A stretch of 64,000 nt of DNA from Tubulanus polymorphus (lineage: Eukaryota > Animalia > Nemertea). Below, piece after piece: positions 1 through 25,900 of the stretch (position 1 is the stretch's first letter; each line of letters begins with the position of its first letter). The stretch spans positions 2,480,072 to 2,544,071 of the forward strand of contig NC_134034.1 of assembly GCF_964204645.1 (NCBI RefSeq). Reading direction: 5' to 3'. Made by a program: the position numbers and the translations under genes. The notes under the pieces are model-generated. The model was given only the letters and a program-made list of their open reading frames with translations. It was not told where the DNA came from and did not search any database.

Positions 1-424
1 GTTAACTCTAACTCGCAAACTGTAAAAAAACCGAATCCAGTATCTGGCAAACTGTGTAACGACAAATAAGGTCGTAATGAATTTTCGATCGTATTTCGTG
101 AAATTAACCGCTTGTGCTTTGATCAGTTGATTGAGATTGTTAACCGATTTTCTGACCGGTTAAACACGACCGGTTTATACGTCTGCCGAAAACGTATCGA
201 CATCTGAGAAATTCTGATAAACATTGCGAGGCGATTAATCGACGTTTCATCCTCTCACGGTAATCAATGAGTCTTCGCCCAGCCACCCACTCGCGAAGCA
301 CAGGCTCCGGCATTACTAGCCGATACTGGCGCCACCTGCCATTATACTTGTAAACGATCTATATTTACGATCTAAGATTTTGCTGTTGTTTTACTATTTT
401 CAGTGGTTCAACAAGTTGTACGTG

Positions 425-1010
425 GGCCAATTAGTTGTATCGGTTTAACTCTGGACTCTGGACCCAGTTCCACACGTGGTGTGGGTTTAATTCGACTCTG
501 AATCCAGTTCCACAGTCGTGTGGGTTTAATTTGACTCTGAATCAAGTTCCACAGTCGTGTGGGTTTAATTTGACTCTGAATCCAGTTCCACAGTCGTGTG
601 GGTTTAATTTGACTCTGGATCCAGTTACACAGTCGTGTGGGCCTAATTCGACTTGGATCCAGTTCCACAGTTGTGTGGGTTTAATTTGAATCTGGATCCA
701 GTTACACAGTTATGTGGGTTTAATTTGACTCTGGATCCAGTTCCACAGTGTTGTGTGGGTTTAATTTGACTCTGGATCCAGTCCCACAGTGTTGTGCGGG
801 TTTAATTCGACTCCGAATCCAGTGCCCTTAACCATCCAAGTTCCACAGTTGTGGGTTTAATTTGACACTGAACCCAAATCCACAGTTGAGGGTTCAATTC
901 TACTCTGGACCCAATTCCCCGTTTGCGTGGGTTAAACTCAACTCGTCCCATTTCACAATTGTGTGGATTTATTCTGATTCTGTATCCAGTTCCACAGTGT
1001 TGTGTGGGAC
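425..1010. repeat. 39-bp minisatellite, about 14 degenerate copies
   Basis: Repeated unit CCAGTTCCACAGTCGTGTGGGTTTAATTTGACTCTGGAT. Explains the repetitive ORFs 408-668 and 435-689. The unit matches the left end of the MITE at 11205 and 29676. Confidence 0.9.
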
Positions 1011-1468
1011 AAGTTAACCCCTATACGTATTGAATCAAGCGCGTTTAGAACAGGTAGTTTGTATTGGTCAGGGTCAGCAGTCAGTGGCAGCTGTTTTGAT
1101 AGGATTGCTTTCATATTTGTTAATCGTCGTGTAACTCGGTGAATATCTCCGCAGAACTATTGACACCCGGGTCAACTGATGAAATTTGGTCTTTGACTCG
1201 GTGATTTCCCTGAAGACGATCAAGTTTTTTGCATCGAATGTCGCTTATATATATCCGCTTACACAGTGGACAGTTTATCGATTTCATATTTCTTCATTTT
1301 ATTACGGTCTGCTCTGGATGGGAAAATCTGAGGGATGAGCTCTATAACGATATTTATATGACATTTCCCAACATTTGAATTCTCGACGAGGAAGACCAAT
1401 TTAAGATTCCACTTTCATCCGATTTATTAGCTAGAAATATCTTGCTATATTTTTCCGTCCATCCAACT

Positions 1469-1541
1469 GTCCGCGTGGCCTAATGGATAAGGCGTCTGAC
1501 TTCGAATCAGAAGATTGCAGGTTCGAGTCCTGTCGCGGACG
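1469..1541 (+). tRNA. trnR-UCG: tRNA-Arg, anticodon TCG, inside a GPCR intron
   Basis: 73 nt. Acceptor stem GTCCGCG/CGCGGAC, D arm with TGGCCTAATGG A box, anticodon stem TCTGA/TCAGA with loop CT-TCG-AA, T loop GGTTCGAGTCC, then a TTTT Pol III terminator. Confidence 0.95.
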
Positions 1542-1736
1542 TTTTCTTTATTCGTACTCTAGCCGAAGTTTTCAGAAGCTAAACATTATTCTACTAATAA
1601 TTTAAATAATTTAGATAATTTCTATTAATACTTTACGGCGTTTTCGACCTGATGTCCATAAAACCCGTTATCGCTGCTTCGCGGCTATATTTATTGTCAT
1701 AACTTACTCTGTAACTGTATTGATTTGTGATTTCAG

Positions 1737-14971
<13,235 letters not shown>

Positions 14972-15235
14972 TTCGAGGACAGCTAGCGGAAACGCCTGTG
15001 CACTGATTCCACGACTGGGCAGCCGGGAAAGGTTTATTCTATGTCGACACAGCGGTTAGGCCTTGCTCTAGGAGAGAAGTTCAGTTCCTCGGAGCGACGA
15101 CTTGCTGTCGAATTTGAGAAAACGTCATATCTCGGTGACTACGAAAACAAACAAACATTATTTCACGGACGTGACTTGAAATATACGGTACATTTGTTCA
15201 GTGTCCAGAACTGCATTCGCCATCGATTGAATTGA

Positions 15236-15980
15236 TTTAATCCACACAAGAAAACGACGGATATCGTTTTATCAATTTCATTTGTTAAAAGATTATATTC
15301 ATTATCGTTTTACTTCGCTAGTCGAGAAAACTTCACTATTTGTCTCTTTGTTATCGCTGTCGTTTATAAGTTGCATCTAATAAATCGAAATGTTATCTAT
15401 GTAAAAAAAGAAATGTGAACGTAGGGAAAAGAACTAAAATTTCTGATACAAAACAAAAACGGAATCAAAAAGTCTTTGATTTATTTTGAAGCTGATTTCC
15501 ATTGAGACTCCGACGACGTTACTCTGGCAATCGACGACTTGTGACAAGTAAGTATCCACTAGGTGGTACTAGAAGTTGAGTGGTTTTCGCTGTATGTGAC
15601 ATAATTATTTTACCCATCAAATTCTATATTTACTCCAAAACTACTCAAATCGCCTCACATTTAGAGGATAATTCTTTCATCCCTCGATACTGAGGGTTAG
15701 CAGGTTTGAGGTGTATTGTTCCCCTCAACCCACTGAGTACCACTCAGGGTATTATTAGCAGGTTTGAGGTTTCTTGTTCCCCTCAACCCACTAAGTTCCA
15801 CTCAAGGTATTATCAGCAGGTTTGAAATTTCTTGTTCCCTCAACCAACTAAGTTCCACTCAAGGTATTATCAGCAGGTTTGAAGTTTCTTGTTCCCCTCA
15901 ACCCGCTGAGTTCCACTCAGGGCATTAGATGCGGGTTTCTAATAGTTCTTCTAAACCCACCGAGCAGCATTCAGGGTATA
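15236..15980 (+). repeat. Segment duplicated at 22126-22990; includes the GPCR 3'UTR end (AATAAA near 15379) and a 58-bp minisatellite
   Basis: Shared TTGTCTCTTTGTTATCGCTGTCGTTTATAAGTTGCATCTAATAAATCGAAATGTTATCT and tandem CAGGGTATTATTAGCAGGTTTGAAG...CCCCTCAACCCACTGAG units. Confidence 0.88.
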
Positions 15981-16467
15981 TCAAAACATGTATCATGATT
16001 TCTTCTCCACGGCTGAGACTTGATCATGAAAATCTGCTTAAGTAAGGCCTCCGGTGCGTTGCAAGAAAACCCCGGCAAGCGAGTATTCCTTAAAATCAAG
16101 GGTGGCTCCGGGGATTAGACAAACACCTGGAGCGGGGTATTTATCAAGATGTGAAGCCCTGAAGAGAAATAAAAAAACATTTTTGCATAATTGCTGGTGG
16201 TTTTTTGTCGACATTAGTCAGTACGATGCGGGTATATAGGCCAACGCGCAGTGATGAAATCAAAAAATCTATCAAACAGGAAGCCTTTTTTCGAGAGTTT
16301 CAATATTCGACCTTGAATCATCAAAAGATAGAACTAATGGGGAAAAACGATGATGTAAACAACAAATATCTGAAACAAGCTTTGCTTGAATTGACAATCC
16401 ATATTACCGTTGTTATTATAATCTATGGCACCTTTGTACGAGGTAATTTGGTCGTCTGCGATCAGTG

Positions 16468-16923
16468 ATGAAAATGGCCGCGTCTAAACTTCTAATTCTC
16501 GTGGTTGCGATACTACTGTGCCGCTGTGGTGCCATATCGGAAATAATTGACGAAGTAGAAAGAACGCTGTGGACTTCAGAAAGTAACTTACTGGGTTTTG
16601 AGACATACGGGTCGATGGATGATCTGATGGTTGCCCTGCGAGGTGTGGAGTGCTCTAGTATCACAACATTCACCCGACCGAATTAAGGGTACATACCACA
16701 CAACGCAAGACAACCACAAGTTATAATAATGATGTTTTATTTACGAATTAAATTACAATATAAAGTAGTAGGAATTAGTACAAAATATTGTAAAATAGGA
16801 CGTTGGACGACAGGTGAAGTTAAAATAAAGTTGGTCCATTTATTATCGGCAATCGCGAAATATCATCGACAGCTATTACATAAATCTCTTTTATCGATAT
16901 CTATAACAGATGCGTTTACCTAA
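16468..16923 (+). pseudogene. Possible secreted-protein ORF, either a 72-aa peptide or a longer ORF broken by an in-frame TAA at 16684-16686
   Basis: MKMAASKLLILVVAILLCRCGA looks like a signal peptide. The same frame stays open after the TAA through to 16923. No family recognised. Confidence 0.35.
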
Positions 16924-17075
16924 GATCGTAGGAAGGACCAAGGTAAACAAAGCTGATATTAAATCTGGAATGGACGACGATATTATCAAACTTTATTGGA
17001 AAAATGATTACGCAATAAACAAAGATTTATTTCCATTTTGAAATTTTTACTGCTTTTTATCGCGTGGTCGACGCG

Positions 17076-17147
17076 TATAAAATCAAGCCGTTTTACGAAG
17101 TTATTCAGCAGTCTATAGATTGCACCGCAGTTCCAAGCGATATCAAG
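17076..17147 (+). promoter_or_regulatory. TATA box and short non-coding first exon of Cys-rich gene 1
   Basis: TATAAAA at 17076-17082, Inr-like TCAG about 30 nt downstream, strong donor AAG|GTAAGT at 17148, acceptor TAG immediately before the ATG at 17254. Confidence 0.65.
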
Positions 17148-17253
17148 GTAAGTAAGTGCAGCACTCGATTATAAGTTTCATCATAATTTAGATTGTAGTT
17201 ATACATTGAATGAAATTGATATATACGTATATATATATATTTTTTTTTTTTAG

Positions 17254-19866
17254 ATGAAATTCCTCGTCGTTGCTATAATTGGTATGTATGAATAAACGGC
17301 TAAATGACATCATCTGGTAGAGTTTCACTGTACTATCAGGTTCAAATCCCTACTGATGTAGGATGACTCTTCTAGGGCAGGGGTTTGTACTGTGACAGAG
17401 TCTCATGGTGTCATCAGGTTCAAATCTCTGCTGAGGGAGGATGTGTCTACTAGGGACAGGGGTTTGTACTGTGACAGAGTCTCATGATGTCATCAGGTTC
17501 AAATCCCTGCTGAGGGACGATGTGTCTTCTAGGGGCAGGGGTTTGTACTGTGACAGAGTCTCACGATGTCATCAGGTTCAAATCTCTGCTGAGGGAGGAT
17601 GTGTCTACTAGGGGCAGGGGTTTGTACTGTGACAGAGTCTCACGATGTCATCAGGTTCAATCCCTGCTGAGGGAGGATGTGTCTACTAGGACAGGGGTTT
17701 GTACTGTGACAGAGTCTCACGATGTCATCAGGTTCAAATCTCTGCTGAGGGAGGATGTGTCTACTAGGGGCAGGGGTTTGTACTGTGACAGAGTCTCACG
17801 ATGTCATCAGGTTCAAATCTCTGCTGAGGGAGGATGTGTCTACTAGGGGCAGGGGTTTGTACTGTGACAGAGTCTCACGATGTCATCAGGTTCAATCCCT
17901 GCTGAGGGAGGATGTGTCTACTAGGGGCAGGGGTTTGTACTGTGACAGAGTCTCGTGATGTCATCAGGTTCAAATACCTGCTGAGGGAGGATGTGTCTAC
18001 TAGGGGCAGGGGTTTGTACTGTGACAGAGTCTCACGATGTCATCAGGTTCAAATCTCTGCTGAGGGAGGATGTGTCTACTAGGGGCAGGGGTTTGTACTG
18101 TGACAGAGTCTCACGATGTCATCAGGTTCAATCCCTGCTGAGGGAGGATGTGTCTACTAGGACAGGGGTTTGTACTGTGACAGAGTCTCACGATGTCATC
18201 AGGTTCAAATCTCTGCTGAGGGAGGATGTGTCTACTAGGGGCAGGGGTTTGTACTGTGACAGAGTCTCACGATGTCATCAGGTTCAATCCCTGCTGAGGG
18301 AGGATGTGTCTACTAGGGGCAGGGGTTTGTACTGTGACAGAGTCTCACGATGTCATCAGGTTCAAATCTCTGCTGAGGGAGGATGTGTCTACTAGGGGCA
18401 GGGGTTTGTACTGTGACAGAGTCTCACGATGTCATCAGGTTCAAATCTCTGCTGAGGGAGGATGTGTCTACTAGGGGCAGGGGTTTGTACTGTGACAGAG
18501 TCTCGTGATGTCGTCAGGTTCAAATCCCTGCTGAGGGAGGATGTGTCTACTAGGACAGGGGTTTGTACTGTGACAGAGTCTCACGATGTCATCAGGTTCA
18601 AATCTCTGCTGAGGGAGGATGTGTCTACTAGGGCAGGGGTTTGTACTGTGACAGAGTCTCACGATGTCATCAGGTTCAAATCTCTGCTGAGGGAGGATGT
18701 GTCTATTAGGGCAGGGGTTTGTACTGTGACAGAGTCTCATGATGTCATCAGGTTCAAATCCCTGCTGAGGGAGGATGTGTCTACTAGGTAAGGGGTTTGT
18801 ACTGTGATAGAGTCTCATGATGTCATCAGGTTCAAATCCCTGCTGAGGGAGGATGTGTCTACTAGGACAGGGGTTTGTACTGTGACAGAGTCTCATTATG
18901 TAATCAAGTTAAAATCCCTGCTAAGAGATGACGTTGCCACTAGGGCAGAGTGAAGCTATTGCAATATTTTCAATTGTATTGAAGGAATCATGTCAATGAG
19001 TGGCGTGCTTGGTGTAATAATGCATAGGACTGGGCCTCCAACTTCAGAACGTGACGATGCCGTCAGTCAAGTCACATGCCCGGACGGTTCTTATATTGTC
19101 AAATGCAGTTGTTCTTCGATGCGAGACTGTGACTCGAACTTGGTGGTCGGTAACAACATTTGTAGGGTAACGCATACTGGTCAGCGACCGGTAGTCAAGG
19201 TAATATAAAAAAGAAAGTGAAATTTCTCATATATATGTCAGGTATTATAACTACCTGGTGAAGTCCTGGCAATTAGTATATCCTGTAAAGAGGTCGATAC
19301 TCCTTCGATTGTCTACGGGGTTAGATAGCCGTCTCCAGAATGTGGGTAAAAACAGCTGATTCAGTTAGTTATTGTTTTCCAGCCGATCGCCACCTGCGAA
19401 ACACTGTATCGTGTTGTCCGATCAACTGCATATTCCAAAACACCTACGATCACTTGTCCCGACGGCCTTGTCGTTCGATCTTGTGGCTATTATAACCCGT
19501 GAGTACTTTATAACACTAACAAGATACAGGAAATAGGTTACATGTATCAAATTAATGATAACCGAAGTTAACATAAAACGAAGTTCAGGTGTTAATGAAT
19601 GAGCGAGTTCGGTATAATAGAAAATGAACGAAACACCGAACACAGAATTGGAAACCTGCTCCAAAAGAACTTAGCTTTTAAGAACTTAGCTTTTAAAAAC
19701 TTAGTTCTTAAACGTATTCTTGTTTACTTTCAGGTGGGCACATGCTCACTATGTACGAATAAAACCACAGAAATTCAAAGAAAACCAGTGTGTACTAAGT
19801 GCTCCATGTTCAAGGCATGTTTGTTTGATACAGGCGGTTTGTGTCGATCCAAGACTTATTATGTGA
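17254..19866 (+). CDS. Small secreted Cys-rich protein 1 (~163 aa), two PCSK9-C-terminal/resistin-like modules
   Basis: Exons 17254-17281, 18985-19199, 19383-19498, 19734-19866 with matching phases: MKFLVVAIIGIMSMSGVLG-VIMHRTGPPTSERDDAVSQVTCPDGSYIVKCSCSSMRDCDSNLVVGNNICRVTHTGQRPVVKPIATCETLYRVVRSTAYSKTPTITCPDGLVVRSCGYYNPWAHAHYVRIKPQKFKENQCVLSAPCSRHVCLIQAVCVDPRLIM*. AATAAA at 19882. The fold call rests on Cys spacing only. Confidence 0.82.
17335..18950. repeat. 79-bp intronic minisatellite, about 20 copies, each with an internal inverted repeat
   Basis: Unit GCAGGGGTTTGTACTGTGACAGAGTCTCACGATGTCATCAGGTTCAAATCCCTGCTGAGGGAGGATGTGTCTACTAGGG. Confidence 0.95.
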
Positions 19867-20339
19867 GATCTGACAAGCCAAAATAAATCTTCGAAATAAA
19901 TCCGATTGATTCGCCGAATAGAAAATTTGCGTCGCTTCGTTTGCTTGGCATACAATGGAAATATTGGTGAAAATGTTTAGAATCTCCGATGAACTTCGCC
20001 TAGTCTTTCACAGCCTTGGCCGCATCAGCGGAGTCTCAAATTAAAGGGATCAGAGCAACACTATGATAAACCATTTGTTGAAGAATTTAGAAATTTGCCG
20101 TTGAAGTTAAGTATTTGTTTTATGATTTATACTCAACAGAACATCATGCTACCACCCGTAGCGACAAGCCACTCATAGAACTCATATGAATCATAAAACA
20201 AAAATATCTCGTGCAAAAAACGATATCTTTTAGCAATCAAAAGTAGACTCAACATTCTATTGTAACTCAACATGGTATTGCATGAAATGCCTCTATACAA
20301 CTCGCCTTAACATATTAGTACGACGAATATTGGGTAATA

Positions 20340-21600
20340 ACTATGCTACTAGCCCGCGAGCATCGATGGTTTCGTCTAGGCTCGGCGACGGTTCAATAGG
20401 TTCTAGCCGGCGAGCATCGATGGTTTCGACTAGGCTCGGCGACGGTTCAATTATGTGTGTTGCTGTTGGTGGAGATTTCGTTACATCTTTCTCAAGGTTG
20501 TTCACGAATTCCCCAATCACAAAATCCAATCAACTCACCATTTTCAGTGTTACAAGCTAAACCCTCTTTAACTTTGATTTCATCAAAGCATATCACGACA
20601 TTTTTTTTCATAATCGCTGAAGTTGATTTCGGATTTGATTTTGCTGATGACCTCACTTTTGCTGATGAACCCAAGATTCGCTTTAATATTCTGCGTGTAG
20701 TCGACTAGTGTGCTTTTATGAGGCAAATTGAGAATTTTCGAGTCTTTTAGCATGTCATATGTTGCAGATGTAGCTGTAAGGGCAATACACCATTTCACTA
20801 GCATGGGATGCCATAGCATTTGATGTTCATTGGCTTTAGACATGTATATTTGGTGTTGTTCCCATAGCAAGTCAGCCATTGAGTTTGGGTTTGGTTGGTA
20901 AGAAGTGACAATTTCTACGAACTCTTTCTCGTGCTTATCTAACTGGATGCCATCTATTTCAATTTTATCGTAACACTTTTCTTCGACAGTCTTCAATTTC
21001 TTTTTCAAATAACGATCATTGCGAGTCATTCGTGCACATTTTTCCAATTCCGTTCTCGTTAAACAATCGTTCCCGGTTGTGACCTGACGTGGGCTTCGCA
21101 ATCTCTTTCTTACACATTAACCTACTCGGCATTTTGCCTAGAGATGATCAATATATCGAACATATAGTGTCACAAACATGAACTTCGTTAAGATATCGCA
21201 GTTGACATGTCACACACAATCGTTTTCTTCACGAGCAGTAACATCACCACTTGGATTCTTAAATACCGCGGAGGTGTCTCGGGATCTATCTCTGCACAAT
21301 CGCTAAAACCGGTCAGCCCTTGGCATATATTTAATGAGACTAGATGAATAAGTAATGATTCTGTGTCATCACTGCTTAGTTTTTGGCAATTGGCCAATTA
21401 TCGGATACGACATTTTATCACTGGATTCACTGGCAAATCGGATGTGAATTTGACGTTTGACTGCATCGGTAAAATTTGCAATTTTACTGTGAGAAATGAA
21501 CAAAATTCTTTGAATCAACGTAAAAAAGTCAATTTTAGCGATCATTTCTACATTGAAAAACGTGCGTATCGTGTTTCATGAGCGCAGCCATGTTGTTTAA
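20340..21600 (-). mobile_element. Degenerate P-element-type transposase fragment
   Basis: WHPMLVKWCIAL...ATYDMLKDSKILNLPHKSTLVDY (ORF 20583-21101) frameshifts into VVICFDEIKVKEGLACNTENGELIGFCDWG (ORF 20492-20674), the FDE-x-K...GFxDxG motif around the first catalytic Asp of P/THAP9-like transposases. Truncated afterwards; boundaries approximate. Confidence 0.75.
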
Positions 21601-22125
21601 GGTGTGCAGTGGAATCAATTGTGAGTGTATCCAAGAATTCCGGGTGAACCCGATATCCCGCAGCTGATGGTCGTCAAGGGAAAACTAGCGACGTACATCG
21701 TCTAGTAGAAATGAACTGCGCGCGTTTTCCATTCAGTCTGATCACTCCAAGATAAAACCTATTCCGTGGTGTTTGGATTGACTTTGAATTTGGATTGACT
21801 TTGAATAGTTGCCGGTACAGGCGAAGTGACATCAATGCAAGAGCTATTTCATACTTTGAGATCAACGACAAACGTTCGTTGTGCGCACGCACCTTAACGC
21901 CCAATCGTTAAGTTTTGAATAAAGAGAAATCAATGAAAGAGCATCAAAACTGTAAAAAAATGACTTAAAAACCTGAAAATTTGAATTAAATATGAAATCA
22001 GCCGCGATAAAGCTGTTTTTTTTTTTTCTGTAATCAGGGAAGAATCAGTTTTATTTGAATAATGGATAAGCAATAAGGCAGATCAAGCATGTATTTTGAC
22101 TGGTAACAGTTAAAAATCCCCTCTG

Positions 22126-22990
22126 TTTAATCCAAACAAGAAAAAGAGATATCGTTTAACCAGTTTCATTTATTAAAAGACTATATTCAATATGTTTTAC
22201 TTCGTTAGTCGAGAAAACTTTAGACTTGTCTCTTTGTTATCGCTGTCGTTTATAAGTTGCATCTAATAAATCGAAATGTTATCTGTGTATAAAAAGGAAA
22301 CGTGAACGTAGGGAAAAGAACTAAATTATCAGATATAAAACAAAATTTTTAAGTTTTCGATCGATTTTGAGGCTGATTTCGATGGTGACTCTGACAACGT
22401 AACCGTGGCAATCGAGGATTACACTGTGATGACTAAGTATCCACCAGGTGGCCATCACATTTTATATTCATTACAAAACTACTCAAGGTGCCACTTTTTT
22501 GAAAGATCATGTTTCGTTCATTCTCAGGACGTTATTGGCAGGTTCAAGATTCATTGTCTCTCCTTAAACCCCTGAAAGAAAGGTATTATTAGCAGGCTCA
22601 CGAGGTTTCTTGCTCCCCTTAACCCAACAAGTGTCACTCGGGATATTATAAGCAGTTTCGCGAGGTTTCTTGTTCCCCTAAACCCACTGAGCGCCACTCA
22701 GGGTATTATTAGCAGGTTTGAAGATTCTTGTTCCCCTCAAGCCACTGAGCGCCACTCAGGATATTATTAGCAGGTTTGAGAGGTCTTCTTCCCCTCAACC
22801 CACTGAGCACCACTCAGGGTATTATTAGCAGGTTTGAAGATTCTTGTTCCCCTCAACCCACTGAGCGCCACTCAGGGTATTATTAGCAGGTTTGAAGTTT
22901 CTTGTTCCCCTCAACCCACTGAGCACCACTCGGGGTATTATTAGCAGGTTTGAGAGGTCTTCTTCCCCTCAACCCACTGAGCACCACTCA
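22126..22990 (+). repeat. Second copy of the 15236-15980 segment with an expanded 58-bp minisatellite (22530-22990)
   Basis: Direct alignment by eye to 15236-15980. Confidence 0.88.
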
Positions 22991-25900
22991 ATTCATCGAA
23001 ACAAGTTCCCGGCACTTATTTGATTTGATTGTAGTGTAAATTAATTTCATATTTTCTTTGTGTATGGCTTTGTTGCTACATGTTGCTTGTGAGTTATTAA
23101 TTAGCCTTTTATGCATCTGTCCGTCGCAAATCATTCCTTCTCTTTGTCTTACTATGCCTTGCTTAAACTGTTCTACATGTCGCGTCACACAGTCGTATAA
23201 TAACTTGTTTACGTCTAAGTCACGTGCGCTTTTTAATCTTTGTAGTTAAGCGGCGAAATGATTTGGAACCTGTCCATTGCTAAGATCCAATCGTCCGGAT
23301 TTTGGTATCCAGACAATATTTGCAGTCCATCTGTTCATTAATATAAAAGAAAATTAATTCTAATCTGGATATCCCGTTGAACCGGTTGAATTTTATTGTT
23401 CCCAAATATTCCGAATTAAGCGGATTTCATTGGTAGAAATATTCTGAATAAAGTGTATTCTACCGTATATTGGAGGAATTTGCTGTTGGGAGTTTGATGC
23501 GTGTTGCTCTGCAGCACGGTGAGAAGCGTTCCTAGTATCACATTTTCCATTTGGTGCGCACATCTCAGACAATGAAACCAATAATCTGTAAAATCTGCAA
23601 ATTTCAATACAGGTCATATCAGCATTCTTCACTTACACAATGACGGTTTCCCACCACCTGTTTCTCATTGTTTCTATTCATTAATTCTCGCTTTGTGTGT
23701 GGCTACATTTGATGCGAGTGCATTATCTGTTGCCAAGTCTTACAGAATAACTCCAATAATCTGTAAAATCTGTGCCTCTCGAAAATACAGGTACTATCAG
23801 TGCTATTCACAAAAACAATGACTGGTTCCCACCACATGTTTCTCGTTTTTTCTATCCGCCAATCTTCGAGTACATTTGGTGCGTATATTTTAGACAATGT
23901 TGTCAATAATTTGCAGAATTGGTAACTCTCAGAAAACCCTTAGACATCAATTCGTTTATAGCTGTGATAAAAAATACTGAAGAAGGCGATATTAAGTCAC
24001 TACTAACACTGGTTTCAACGGTTTTTAAGTCGAAGCCGTCTCTCTCACTGAGGCAAAATCACAATGAGGCACCCGATGTGCAACTGTGGCAATTGAGGAT
24101 TCCATATATGGAAGGTGAAAATCCGCCAGCTGTCGCTAGTAGATAGTCGGTCTTACGCATTCAATTTCTTCTACATTTTACCTCAAACTGAATGAATATT
24201 TTGAATAAATGAATGGATAATTGATGAAAACTATATCGAAATCCGAGTAGAAGAATGAATTTATTGTATATTCGATGGGTGTTGTGATAATGTATGGATT
24301 GGGGAGTCTAAAAATCCAGTTCAAACTTTATTTTGACAACGGACGACCTATTGTTCGTCATGCCATCTTATCGGCGGATAGCTGGTGTTCTGGGTTCCCA
24401 ATTTAACGATCTATTTCTCTGGCCTAACAGAGTAATAATACAACACCATTTTGGACGCTAATCTATTATAATGGCGGATATCAATAGCATTGTTTGCTGC
24501 TCCTTTCCCTTTGCGACGCTCGACTCTTTACAAATTAGTTCATATAATACGCATGGATATAATTCTGATTAACTAGATTATCCTAGACACCTAAAAGATG
24601 ATACTGTGCTCTGCTCTTAATCTAAGAGCACTGGGTAGGTCAAGAGGTTTGGTAATTTTTGATAATGAATTGTAAAATGCTCATCGACGTAGCATACCAG
24701 TATCGCCAGTATGTCCAATGATGAAGTCTTACATGGTAGGCCCTATGGTGCCTGTTCTATCATAAAGTCTAAAAATTGTGAAATTGTAAAATGGATATGA
24801 ATTCTACGTGCAATCCTAATCCGCATTAGCAATTTCCAAATGTTGTGGGCTACCGTGTTATACCTAGTGACACACTCCAAGAGTAGAATACAGGGTAATA
24901 GTGTATAGGGTATAGGGCGTAGTGCAAGGGTGAAGGAACATATTCAATACGTTGGTGATGATTCACTTCTTGATTTTGACAAAGACCGATTGACTCTACA
25001 TGTGACATGGTATACCGGGGGACTGTCTGCATTCTAAAATGCGTAGTTGAATCAGCTTAGAATTTAAATGTTACTGACATTTTTAAATGAAATATACGAC
25101 AAGTTAAAAAGAGTTACCCAGAGAATTTTTACCTGCTTTCCTATCAGCAGGTCCTATCGGTATTCTTCAGAAACACAATGACTGGTTACCACAAACTGTT
25201 TCTCATTGTTTGTATTCATCAATTCTACGCGTTTTGTTTGGCTACTTTTTAATGCGTGTTCATCCGGTGCAGACCTCATAGAAAATTACGCAAATTATCT
25301 GTAAAATCTGCAATTCTTAGAAATTCAGGTCTTTCAGCATTCTTCACTAAGACAATGACGGTTCCATGTCAGCGCTATTTATATCCAGCAATCCTTCGCA
25401 TTTTGTGACTACTTTCAATGCGATTGCATTCGGTGGAAACAACTTTGACGACGACGCAAATAAAAAAAGGTTAGTAATTTATAGTTCGGGTCTTCTGTCC
25501 GTTCTCGGTTATCAATTTTTCCTCGGATATCATTTGCTAAAAAATTCCATATCAAATTCGATTGCATAAAATGTGCTTCAAATTAAGTGCTGACAAAAAT
25601 AGAATATAATCTATGCACGTAGATTATATGCATTTTATGCTTTTGATTTGCAGAAAATGTCTGATTTCTTATTTTAACCGCGTGAAAATACTGATCCGAA
25701 TGAAGTGCTTTGAAGTGCTCATGAAATACGTATCCTACCAGATTACACTACTATTAAACAATGTTACAATAGCTACCTGGCATTTTGCTAGGGTACTTTT
25801 GTCCAGTATTGTCCGATCATTTTCCATCGTTTTTTCAACCATTTGTGATACGCATTTTATGATGTTTCATTGGTCCATAGATGGATTCTGACAGTTTTAG

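Noticed and set aside
404-417. Possible 14-nt micro-exon (TTTCAG|TGGTTCAACAAGTT|GTACGT) of the class B GPCR
   Set aside because: Too short to support without the upstream exons.
17335-18950. CRISPR-like array, or hammerhead array (CUGAUGA on the minus strand), or tRNA-derived SINE (GGTTCAAATCC B-box-like)
   Set aside because: No unique spacers and no cas genes in a eukaryotic context; no GAAA half of the hammerhead core (reads CAAAC); no A box or cloverleaf in the unit.
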